Positions 21,685 to 30,224 of a stretch of DNA of 64,000 nucleotides are shown piece by piece. The DNA comes from Spirochaetia bacterium (GTDB taxonomy: Bacteria; Spirochaetota; Spirochaetia; SZUA-6; Bin103). The notes under the pieces are model-generated. The model was not told the origin of the DNA and made no database searches. It saw nothing but the letters and a program-made list of their open reading frames with translations. The translations under genes and the position numbers were made by a program. The stretch lies in assembly GCA_965199955.1 (NCBI GenBank), contig CBDATQ010000002.1, positions 288,001 to 352,000 on the forward strand. The letters are read 5' to 3'. Position 1 is the stretch's first letter; each line of letters opens with the position of its first letter.

Positions 21685-23255
21685 ATCGCTATCATGCCCG
21701 AGATTTTAGAATCATGTGTCTGGACTGCCGAGTGCGCTTCGGTAACTTCGTCCCACGGCTGCACGTGATCGGCGTATTCTATGCTGCGCTCGTGGCCCTT
21801 GCCGAGCAGCAGCACGGTGTCGCCCGGTCGTGCCAGCTCCACGGCTGTACCGATCGCTTCACGCCGGTCCGGGATGAGCCGGGGCGCCGGCGCCCCGGCG
21901 ACGAAGCCGCAGGCGATGTCCTTGAGGACCATCAGCGGATCCTCGCGGCGCGGGTCCTCATCCGTAAGAATCACGATGTCGGCGTGCTCGGAGGCGATCC
22001 GGCCCTGCATGGCCCGCTTCTCGCGATCCTTCTCTCCGGCTGAGCCGAACACGACGATGGTGCGGCTGTCGGCGGCAAGGTCCGCACCGCGGCACAGCCG
22101 CAGCCCGGCGAAGAGTTGCCGAAAGGCTGCCGGCGTGTGGGCATGGTCGACGATCATCGTGAAGCCGCGGTCATTGCGGATCTGCTGCATGCGTCCCGGA
22201 AGCGGGCTGAGGACCGGCAGCGCATCGAGCACATGGTCCGGGGCAGCCCCGCTGGCGCCGGACGCCATCAGCAGGGCGGCGGCGATGTTGCCGGCCTGCA
22301 CAGGGTCGCCGATCTGCACCCGGCACTGCCTGCGGACGTCGTGCAGCCGGACGGCCAGAGTCAGGCCGGAGCCGTCGGCTGCCAGAACCGTTGCGGTGCA
22401 GTCGGCCTCGTCGCCGCCGTGGGACGCCAGCGAAACGGTGCTGAAGCTCTGCGCCGCGGGGAACCGCGCACGCAGGTCGTGCCACGCCCTGTCATCGCGG
22501 TTGAGCACCGCCACGCCGCGGGAGCCGTCCGGACGATCACGGACCATGTCCAGCAGCGCCGCCTTGGCGTCCCGGTACCGCTTCCAGTCACCGTGGAACT
22601 CCATGTGCTCGTGCGTGACGTTGGTGATCGCGGCGGCGGCAAGCGGCAGTCCGTGCACCCTGCCGGCGGCCAGCGCTATCGAGGTGGCTTCGATGACCGC
22701 GGCGCGGCAGCCGAGGCCGGCCATGGTTGCCAGTAGCCCATGCAGCTCCGGAGCTTCGGGAGTCGACAGCCGCCAGGGCGTATCCACGACGCCGGTTCCG
22801 TCGTCGACGTAGACGCTCGACACCAGTCCGGCCGGGAGGCCGAGACGGTCGAGGAGCAGCTTCGTGAACCACGCCGTGGAGCTCTTGCCGTCCGTGCCGG
22901 TCACGCCGACGAGCAGGAGGTTCCGTGCCGGGTCGCCGGCGTGCCAGGCTCCGGCGACCGCGAGGGCCGTCTTCGCGTCAGGTACCTGCAGGTAGCAGAC
23001 GTCGGTGGCGTACGCGGGCAGATCCCGCTCGTGGATCACCGCACGCGCGCCCCGGCGCACGGCGTCGGATATGAAGCGGTGGCCGTCATCCTTGCTGCCG
23101 GGGCGCCCGACGAACAGCGTGCCGGGACCGGCCTGGCGCGAATCGTAGCGGATCGCGTCGATCGGGCCGGCCGCCCGGCCACGGACGCGCGTCGCTCCGA
23201 TGCGATCCGGCAGATCCGCCAGGTCCGGGCGTGGAGATTCAGCCGGATCGCTCAT
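21681..23255 (-). CDS. murE: UDP-MurNAc-tripeptide synthetase
   Basis: YDSR, GVTGTDGKSST, STPEAPEL, TNVTHEHMEFHG, PGRMQ, VDHAHTP, VFGSAGEKD, LGKGHE. Confidence 0.93.
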   Translation of the reverse strand: MSDPAESPRPDLADLPDRIGATRVRGRAAGPIDAIRYDSRQAGPGTLFVGRPGSKDDGHRFISDAVRRGARAVIHERDLPAYATDVCYLQVPDAKTALAVAGAWHAGDPARNLLLVGVTGTDGKSSTAWFTKLLLDRLGLPAGLVSSVYVDDGTGVVDTPWRLSTPEAPELHGLLATMAGLGCRAAVIEATSIALAAGRVHGLPLAAAAITNVTHEHMEFHGDWKRYRDAKAALLDMVRDRPDGSRGVAVLNRDDRAWHDLRARFPAAQSFSTVSLASHGGDEADCTATVLAADGSGLTLAVRLHDVRRQCRVQIGDPVQAGNIAAALLMASGASGAAPDHVLDALPVLSPLPGRMQQIRNDRGFTMIVDHAHTPAAFRQLFAGLRLCRGADLAADSRTIVVFGSAGEKDREKRAMQGRIASEHADIVILTDEDPRREDPLMVLKDIACGFVAGAPAPRLIPDRREAIGTAVELARPGDTVLLLGKGHERSIEYADHVQPWDEVTEAHSAVQTHDSKISGMIAI

Positions 23256-23389
23256 CGGGATCGCCCATGCCGTCCTTGGCACGTGAGCGACTTCGTCCAC
23301 TCGGGGATGGAAAGGGCGGCTGCTTGCATCAGTCGGGCCACTCATTGGTCATCGGCACGAACGGGCCCGGGCTTGCGCTTCACGCCGGT

Positions 23390-23421
23390 GCCGCCGGTCC
23401 CGCCAGGGGGGGACCGGCGGC
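23390..23421 (-). terminator. GC-rich hairpin after hflC
   Basis: GCCGCCGGTCCC...GGGACCGGCGGC inverted repeat next to the hflC stop; no U-tract. Confidence 0.45.
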
Positions 23422-23422
23422 G

Positions 23423-24388
23423 TCAGCGCTGTTCGTAGAGGTAGTCGAAGAACTCCGCGTCGGTGGAGAGGGTCTTCTGGAAGTTCGGCAGCAGCGCCCG
23501 GTACGCCTCGATCGCCTTGAAAAAGGCGTAGAACTCGGGGTCGGTGTTGTAGGCATTCGCATAGATCGCCGCCGCGTCGGCGTCGGCCTCACCGCGGATC
23601 ACCTTGGCCGTCCGCTCTGCCTCCGAGATGATCTCCAGCCGCTCCTTTTCGCGCTTTCCGAGCCACTCGGCCTTCAGCCCCTCGCCGTCGGAGCGCCACG
23701 CCTGCGCCACCTGCTGGCGCTCGGTGATCATGCGGCTGTAGACGCTCTCGGTCAGGTCGTCCGAGTAGCGGATCTGGCGGATGATCACGTCGAGCAGCTC
23801 GATCCCATAGAGTGCCTCCGCTTCCTTCGCGCGCCCCAGCATGTCGTTGGAGAGCTCGTCGCGCCCCTTGTCGATGGAGGCGAACGTGACTTCGGTGTAG
23901 GTGTCGCCCAGGATCGAGCTGGCGTCCTGGGCATCGTCGGTGGACCGCCGCACGATCTCGTTGATCACGTCGGAGTTGCGCACCGCCTCCTGCAGCCGGT
24001 TGTTGGAGATCACTTCCTTGACCGCGGAGTCGATGACCGCGTCGAGCCGGGTCTGGGCTCCCTGCTCGTCCTTGACCGACTCATAGAACAGCACCGGATC
24101 GACGATGCGCCAGCGCGCCGTGGTGTCCACGTAGATGAACTGACGTTCCTGCGTCGGCACCAGGGTCGGGTCGCCGTCCCAGGAGATGATCTTCTTCGGA
24201 TAGCGAACGACCTGGTCGATCAGCGGCGCCTTGAGCGCCAGCCCGGCGTCGGTCTTGGAGCGCACGATGCGGCCGAACTGCAGGATGATCGCCTGCTGCC
24301 CCTCCTGCACTACGTAGAACGGCCCGAGCATCAGGAAGATCAGCAGGGCGGCGCCTGCGACCACAACGATCGTGATGAAACGCTTCAC
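23423..24388 (-). CDS. hflC: FtsH protease modulator HflC
   Basis: N-terminal TM, SPFH domain, VYSRMITERQQVA, IRGEADA, DPEFYAF. Confidence 0.93.
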   Translation of the reverse strand: MKRFITIVVVAGAALLIFLMLGPFYVVQEGQQAIILQFGRIVRSKTDAGLALKAPLIDQVVRYPKKIISWDGDPTLVPTQERQFIYVDTTARWRIVDPVLFYESVKDEQGAQTRLDAVIDSAVKEVISNNRLQEAVRNSDVINEIVRRSTDDAQDASSILGDTYTEVTFASIDKGRDELSNDMLGRAKEAEALYGIELLDVIIRQIRYSDDLTESVYSRMITERQQVAQAWRSDGEGLKAEWLGKREKERLEIISEAERTAKVIRGEADADAAAIYANAYNTDPEFYAFFKAIEAYRALLPNFQKTLSTDAEFFDYLYEQR

Positions 24389-25386
24389 TGGTTCCCTCCG
24401 AGCGACAGCTCCTGTCCGAGCTGCTTGAGCGGGATGAAGTTGGTCAGGTTCTTGTCGATGAGGTCGGTGCCCTGGTCGTCCTTGAACACCTCCTCGAACA
24501 TCTCGTAGTAGAGGCGCGTGCGGGTCACCTCCGGGCTCTTGCGGTACTCCTCGTACAGGTGCACGTAGCGCGCCACGTCACCCTCCGCGCGGTTGAGGCG
24601 CTCGGCCTTGTAGCCCTCCGCCTCGGCGATGAGCCGGTCGGCCTCGCCGTGGGCGCGCGGGATCGTCTGGTTGTAGGCTTCCTTGCCCTCGTTGATCAGG
24701 CGGTTGCGGTCCTGAATCGCCTTGTTGACGTCCTCGAAGGCGTTCTGCACCGCGCCGCGCGGCGGCACGACGCTCTGCAGCTGCACCGCGTCCACGCGCA
24801 CGCCGATGTCGTAGCCTTCGGTGCCGAACAGGGCGTTCATTTCCTCCTGCGCCCGCAACTGGATGACCGGCCGCTCGTCGCCCATCACGTCCAGGATCGC
24901 GCGGTCGCCCACCAGCCGGTTGAACACCGACCGGGAGATGTCCTTGATCGTCGTCTCTCCGTCGACGATGTTGAACAGCCATTTCTCGGGCTCAATGATG
25001 CGGTACTGGATCGACCACTTCACGTCGACGATGTTGAGGTCGCCGGTCAGCATCACCGACTCCTCCGGGAACTCCTGGGTGGAGAACACCGTGCGCACGC
25101 CGGCCTCCTCGGTGCGGAAGCCGAACTCCAGCTTGTGCAGCACCTCCGTCTCCACGTTGTAGACGCGGTCGATCCCGAACGGCAGCTTGAGGTGCAGGCC
25201 GGGATCGCTGGCCCGGCCGACGTACCGGCCGAAGCGCAACAGGATGCCCTTTTCGCGCGCGTCCACGACGTAGAAGCTGGACAGCACGATGATGACCAGC
25301 AGGACCGCGCCCAGCATGAGGCCGACCGCCCGCGGGCTGAAGCTGCCCGGCGCACGCCGCTCTGCGGATGAATCGTTTTCTGACAT
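24385..25386 (-). CDS. hflK: FtsH protease modulator HflK
   Basis: PGLHLKLPFGID, MLTGDLNIV, AFEDVNKA, PEVTRTRLYYE; GGAGGAG RBS. Confidence 0.93.
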   Translation of the reverse strand: MSENDSSAERRAPGSFSPRAVGLMLGAVLLVIIVLSSFYVVDAREKGILLRFGRYVGRASDPGLHLKLPFGIDRVYNVETEVLHKLEFGFRTEEAGVRTVFSTQEFPEESVMLTGDLNIVDVKWSIQYRIIEPEKWLFNIVDGETTIKDISRSVFNRLVGDRAILDVMGDERPVIQLRAQEEMNALFGTEGYDIGVRVDAVQLQSVVPPRGAVQNAFEDVNKAIQDRNRLINEGKEAYNQTIPRAHGEADRLIAEAEGYKAERLNRAEGDVARYVHLYEEYRKSPEVTRTRLYYEMFEEVFKDDQGTDLIDKNLTNFIPLKQLGQELSLGGNQ

Positions 25387-25545
25387 GGGACTCCTCCCTT
25401 GAGGGGACGGGGACCGGGCGCGTACGCCAGCCCTTACACAATGTCGACGATATACCCGGAGGCGCGCCAAGGTCAAACCGGAGAGTTCCAAGGCGGTTCG
25501 ACGCCAGGAAATCGTCGTGATACCTGAATAGAGTTCATGATTCGA

Positions 25546-25574
25546 TTGACTATGTGAAGGGATGTGCCTAGGTT
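25546..25574 (+). promoter_or_regulatory. Sigma70-type promoter, leaderless geometry, for the DUF2089 gene
   Basis: TTGACT-17-TAGGTT, ATG begins 7 nt after the -10; no SD. Confidence 0.55.
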
Positions 25575-25580
25575 CGGGAC

Positions 25581-26018
25581 ATGGCGTTGGATATCCAACC
25601 TCCGCTGGGACCGTGCCCGATCTGTGATCAGCGGCTGCAGGTTGCCGAATATGCGTGCGGGTCCTGCGGCGTCACCATCCGCGGTCGCTTCGAGCGCTGC
25701 GACCTGTGCGCGCTGCCGGACGACCTGCTGCACTTCGTGCGGCTGTTTCTGCACGTGGAGGGCAACCTGCGGGAGGTCGAGCGGCGGCTGGGGATGTCCT
25801 ACCCGACGGTCAAGGCCCGCCTCAAGGCGGTAAATGCCGCTCTCGACGCACCGGGCGAACGACCGGGCGCCGGCGCTGCGGAAGGAGGCGACCAGGGCCG
25901 ACTGCGCCTGCTGCGCCGCCTCCGCGACGGGGAGCTATCGCTCGGTGAGGTGATACGGCGCCTGCACGCTGAGGACGCGGGCGCCGGAGGAGGTAACGAT
26001 GGATCGGATCACTCTTGA
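25581..26018 (+). CDS. DUF2089-family zinc-ribbon/HTH protein
   Basis: CPIC...CGSC, GNLREVERRLGMSYPTVKARL, SHOCT-like C-terminal helix. Confidence 0.85.
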   Translation: MALDIQPPLGPCPICDQRLQVAEYACGSCGVTIRGRFERCDLCALPDDLLHFVRLFLHVEGNLREVERRLGMSYPTVKARLKAVNAALDAPGERPGAGAAEGGDQGRLRLLRRLRDGELSLGEVIRRLHAEDAGAGGGNDGSDHS

Positions 26019-27171
26019 TCTGGATGGCGTAGCGGAGGTTCGCATCACGACGCGCAGGCGGGGTATTGTCGCGCGCGCGGTCGAAGGCGACGCCGGAACC
26101 CTTGCGGCTGACGGTCTGGATGCGATCCGGGTCGCGCGCGACGGCGACCGTTTGGAGATCGCGGAGCCGCGGCGCGATGACGACGAAGAGGCGGGCGGCA
26201 CCCTCGAGCTGTCGCTGCCGGCGGCGCGCTCGTGGGAGCTGAGCGCGGACAGCGCCAGCGGCTCAGTGCTCGTCGCCGGCATGGATGGGACGGTGCGGGT
26301 CCGCACGGCGAACGGAGCGGTCACCCTGCAGGACCTCACGGGAACCGCGGACGTGCGCTGCGCCAACGGGTCGATCACCGCCGAACGGATTGCCGGGCAG
26401 TTGAACGTGTCGGCGGCCAACGGCAAGATCACGGTGCGCGACGCCGAGTTGACCGGGGGCAAGTTTCACAACGCCAGCGGCCGCATGGCCCTGCAACTCC
26501 GGCCGACCGGTGACGGCAAGGTCTCCATCATGTCGGGATCGGGCCGCGTGCTGCTCGCGCTGCCGGACGATGCGGACCTCACGGCCACGGTCAAGTCACG
26601 CGGCCGGCTGGTGAACAGGCTCGGATCATCGGTGGTCACCACCGGGCCGGGCTTCGCGCAGGTCACGCTCGGCTCCGGAGCGTTCTCGATCTTCGTACAC
26701 ACGTTGGGGAGGTGTGAACTGGTTGGCTTCGACGAATTCGACGGCAAGGAGCAGCGGGCGGGAGAACGGGCGTTCACCGACGATGACGACCATGCGTGGG
26801 ACGATCCGGATTTCACGTTCGAGATCCCCAACGAGATGTGGGAGTTTCTCAAGGAGATGCGCGGCTACGGCCTGAAGTTCGGAAAACTGGGAGAGGAGAT
26901 CTCGCGCCAGGTGTACGAGGCGTTCGGCGCCGCAGGTGGCGGCCCCGGGCGCCGCGGCGCCGGGTACCGGCGCGGGCCCGGTGGACGGCGATGGCGCGGC
27001 GCCGGACGCTCGCACGACGATGACGGACTGGGACGGAAGGGCGGCCCGCGGCCGGCACAGGCCGATGCCGCCGGCACCGAGGAAGAGGTCAGGCTCGTGC
27101 TCGACATGCTCAAGGAAGGCAAGCTCTCCGCCGAGGAGGCGGCCCGCCTGATCAGCGCGCTGCGCCGCTGA
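25999..27171 (+). CDS. DUF4097 (toast-rack beta-repeat) protein with C-terminal SHOCT-like helix, YvlB/LiaX-like
   Basis: Repeats SASGSV/TANGAV/CANGSI/AANGKI/NASGRM/SGSGRV; VLDMLKEGKLSAEEAARLISAL; GGAGGAGG RBS. Confidence 0.8.
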   Translation: MDRITLDLDGVAEVRITTRRRGIVARAVEGDAGTLAADGLDAIRVARDGDRLEIAEPRRDDDEEAGGTLELSLPAARSWELSADSASGSVLVAGMDGTVRVRTANGAVTLQDLTGTADVRCANGSITAERIAGQLNVSAANGKITVRDAELTGGKFHNASGRMALQLRPTGDGKVSIMSGSGRVLLALPDDADLTATVKSRGRLVNRLGSSVVTTGPGFAQVTLGSGAFSIFVHTLGRCELVGFDEFDGKEQRAGERAFTDDDDHAWDDPDFTFEIPNEMWEFLKEMRGYGLKFGKLGEEISRQVYEAFGAAGGGPGRRGAGYRRGPGGRRWRGAGRSHDDDGLGRKGGPRPAQADAAGTEEEVRLVLDMLKEGKLSAEEAARLISALRR

Positions 27172-27198
27172 GGGGGCGCGCCAGGCCCGCTTCGGTGC

Positions 27199-28272
27199 AT
27201 GCTCGTGCCGGTGAGCGGGGCGGAAGCGGCCACCAGCGGTGCCGCGGGCGATGGATGCGGCGGCCTCCGGGCACGGCGTGTCGATTTGGACGCGCTGGCC
27301 GGCGACGAGCTGCTGCAGAGCGGGTTCTGGGGATCCTTTCGCGCCCGGCTCGGCTGGCGCCCGCTGGCGGTCGCCGTTTCCGGCGCCGGCGTCGCCGGAA
27401 CGGTTCTCCTGCTCTGCCGCCGGACGCCGGCCGGCACCTTCGTGTACTGCCCGCTGGGGCCGGGGGCCGAGCCGCCTTCAGCGGCGTGCGGCGCCTATCT
27501 CGATCGTCTGGCGCGAGCGGCGCGGCCGCTGCTGCCGCCGGCCAGCTTCGCCGTCCGTTTCGATCCGCCGTGGCCGGAGGAGCGCTGGTCCGGCCGGTGG
27601 CGCGCGGCCCCGGCCGTGCAGCCGCAGAGCACCGTGATCGTCGACCTGCAGCGTGGCGAAGCCGATCTGCTGGCCGCGATGAAACCGAAGACGCGCTACA
27701 ACGTCCGGCTCGCCGAGCGCCGGGGCGTCGTCGTGCGCGAAGTGGGCGCCGCGGGGCTCGACGGCTGGTACCGCCTGCATCGCGACATGGCCCGCCGCCA
27801 GGGCATCACCCGGCACAGCCTGCGCTACTTCCGAGAGCTGTTTCTGACCGCCGACACCTGCCCCGGCCGCCGTCCGCGCCTGCTGCTGTTGATGGCCGCA
27901 TACGAGGGTGAGGACGTGGCCGGCATCGTCGTGTCGCTGTTCGGCCGGCGCGCGCGCTATCTGTATGGCGCGTCGTCGGATCGCCACCGGCACGCGATGC
28001 CCAACTACGGCCTGCAATGGACGGGGATGCGGCTGGCGCGGGAAGCCGGATGCCATACCTACGACCTGTTCGGCATTCCCCGCACGGCCGACCCCGCGCT
28101 GCCGATGGCCGGCCTCTATCGCATGAAGACCGGGTTCGGGGGGGAGATCGTGCACCGCGCACCCGCCCACGACGCGGTGCTCAACCGGCCGCGACACGCC
28201 GCGTTTCGCGGGGCGGAGCGGGCACGGACCTGGTACCTGCATCGCGGCCACGCTCCGGGACACGGGGGCTGA
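27199..28272 (+). CDS. FemABX-family peptidoglycan bridge aminoacyltransferase
   Basis: LLQSGFWG, MKPKTRYNVRLAERRGV, YLYGASS, MPNYGLQW, YDLFGI, GLYRMKTGFGG. Confidence 0.88.
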   Translation: MLVPVSGAEAATSGAAGDGCGGLRARRVDLDALAGDELLQSGFWGSFRARLGWRPLAVAVSGAGVAGTVLLLCRRTPAGTFVYCPLGPGAEPPSAACGAYLDRLARAARPLLPPASFAVRFDPPWPEERWSGRWRAAPAVQPQSTVIVDLQRGEADLLAAMKPKTRYNVRLAERRGVVVREVGAAGLDGWYRLHRDMARRQGITRHSLRYFRELFLTADTCPGRRPRLLLLMAAYEGEDVAGIVVSLFGRRARYLYGASSDRHRHAMPNYGLQWTGMRLAREAGCHTYDLFGIPRTADPALPMAGLYRMKTGFGGEIVHRAPAHDAVLNRPRHAAFRGAERARTWYLHRGHAPGHGG

Positions 28273-28306
28273 CCCCGCCCGCGGCGGGCGGCTTCGATAG
28301 CTGGAG

Positions 28307-28792
28307 CTAGAAGAATCCGCCCGGGGCGGCCCCCTCGATCCGGAACAGCGGCCTGCCGGCGCTCAGCCCCGGCCAGGGAATCGCGGCGCCGACCAGGAGC
28401 AGCGTGACCACCACGGCGACAACCGTTCGCCGGAAACGCCGCTCTGCCGGCGCGCGCTTGATCCGCCCGGTGGCGATGCTCATGAACGTGACCGCGATCG
28501 CCATGAGAAGCGTGTGCTCCACCAGGAAGTAGCGGAGTTGCGCGTCGCGCATCGCGGCGCCGAGGTCCTCCATCGCCACGCGGACCAGCGGGCTGAACGC
28601 CACGTACAGCAGCAGACCGATCAGGAACTGCAGGGACAGCAGGTGGGTCGCCGCCTGCAGGAGCGCCGTGTCTCCCCGGCGCCACTGCGCCCGGCCCGCC
28701 CAGCCGGACGCACCGCGTACCAGCAGCAGCAGGAGCAGCAGCAGCAACGGCCAGCGCAGGTAGGAGTGCGCGATCAGCAGAATCGAGTACAC
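28307..28792 (-). CDS. Four-TM membrane protein (cytochrome-b-like His pattern)
   Basis: HSYLRW, LQFLIGLLLY, RYFLVEH; hydrophobic helices. Confidence 0.7.
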   Translation of the reverse strand: MYSILLIAHSYLRWPLLLLLLLLLVRGASGWAGRAQWRRGDTALLQAATHLLSLQFLIGLLLYVAFSPLVRVAMEDLGAAMRDAQLRYFLVEHTLLMAIAVTFMSIATGRIKRAPAERRFRRTVVAVVVTLLLVGAAIPWPGLSAGRPLFRIEGAAPGGFF

Positions 28793-28823
28793 CCGGAGAA
28801 CATAGGGCCGCGGGCGGCCGGCA

Positions 28824-30224
28824 TCAAAGCGATGCCGCGAGCTGCCGAACCAGCGCCCGGAAGCGGTCGCCTCGGTCGAATTCGTTGCGGAACATCCCGA
28901 ACGACGCGCACGCCGGGGAGAGCAGCACCGTCGCTCCGGGCGGGGCTGCCCGCCGCGCCGCCCCGAAAGCCTCCTCCAGTGACGGGAACGGGCCGTCGCA
29001 GGCCACCCCGGCGCGGCGCAACGCCGAGTCGAGCTTGGCCGTGGCGCTGCCGGCGAGCAGCGCGCAGCGGAGCACGGATCCTGCCGAGGCGGCCAGTTCG
29101 GTGAAGTCGAGATCCTTGTCCGCTCCGCCGGCCAGCAGCACCACCGGAGCCGTCACGCCGGCCAGCGCCGCGATCGTCGCCTCGGGTATGGTGGCTGCCG
29201 AGTCGTTCACGAAACGGACGCCCGCCACTTCGCCGACGGGCTCCAGGCGGTGCGGCAGCCCGCGGAATCGGCGGAGAGCCCGACGTATCGTCGCCGGCTC
29301 GATGCCGAACGAGGCCGCCGCCGCCGCCGCCGCCATCAGGTTGCTGCCGATGACGCGGCCGGCGGCCGGGAGCCACGCCGTGTCGAACGCGACGCCCGAG
29401 CGGCCTTCCACCGAGACGCGGCCCACGCCGTCCTGCAGCCATGCGCCGTCGCCCGCCGGACGCTGCCGGGCAGAGCACAGGACGATGCGGGCGGCGGCGC
29501 CGTCGGCGAAGCGCCGGTGCCACGGATCGTCGGCGTTGAGCACCAGCGCCGCGCCCGGCGGCTGTGCCTCGGCGATGACACGCTTGTCCTGCAGGTACTC
29601 TTCCATGGAGCCGTATCGGTTCTGGTGATCGCGCAGCAGGTTGGTGACCACGGCCACCGGCGGCGCCAGCAGGCCGCGACCGCGCAGGTCCCCCAACTGC
29701 CAGGACGACAGCTCGAGTACCACCGGGGTGTCCGCGGTCAGCTCGTCCAGGAAGTCCAGCGGCGAGCCGCCGATGTTCCCGCTCAGGCGGGTTTCCGCCT
29801 CCTTCTCGCCCAGTATCGCTGCCAGCGCGGCGGCGGTGGCGGATTTTCCCTTGCTGCCGGTGACCGCCAGCACCGGCGCCGGGCAACGGGCCAGGAACAG
29901 CGACTGCTCGGTCTCCACGTCCGCTCCGGCGTCGCGCGCCGCCGCCAGGAACGGCGAATCCGGAGGCACGCCGGGGTTCTTGACCACCAGGTCGCATGCG
30001 GTGAAATCACCCATCCGATGGCTCCCCAGGCTCAGCCCCACCCCGGCCGGCAGCGCACCGACTGCCGGCCGCAGCTCGCCGGCCGTCTTGAGATCGGTGA
30101 CGGTGACGCGAGCGCCGCGCGCGTGCAGGAAGCGGGCTGCCCCGAGGCCTCCGCCGTTGAGGCCGAGTCCCATGACGGTCGCGCGCAGCCCGCGCAACTC
30201 GGCGGCCGGCCGCCAGGCGGTCAG
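28824..30224 (-). CDS. murD: UDP-MurNAc-L-Ala:D-Glu ligase
   Basis: MGLGLNGGG, VTGSKGKS, GNIG, LELSSWQL, DHQNRY, HRLE, NDSAAT, LLSPACASF..F..RG. Likely CTG start at 30224 behind GGGGAGG. Confidence 0.93.
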   Translation of the reverse strand: MTAWRPAAELRGLRATVMGLGLNGGGLGAARFLHARGARVTVTDLKTAGELRPAVGALPAGVGLSLGSHRMGDFTACDLVVKNPGVPPDSPFLAAARDAGADVETEQSLFLARCPAPVLAVTGSKGKSATAAALAAILGEKEAETRLSGNIGGSPLDFLDELTADTPVVLELSSWQLGDLRGRGLLAPPVAVVTNLLRDHQNRYGSMEEYLQDKRVIAEAQPPGAALVLNADDPWHRRFADGAAARIVLCSARQRPAGDGAWLQDGVGRVSVEGRSGVAFDTAWLPAAGRVIGSNLMAAAAAAASFGIEPATIRRALRRFRGLPHRLEPVGEVAGVRFVNDSAATIPEATIAALAGVTAPVVLLAGGADKDLDFTELAASAGSVLRCALLAGSATAKLDSALRRAGVACDGPFPSLEEAFGAARRAAPPGATVLLSPACASFGMFRNEFDRGDRFRALVRQLAASL

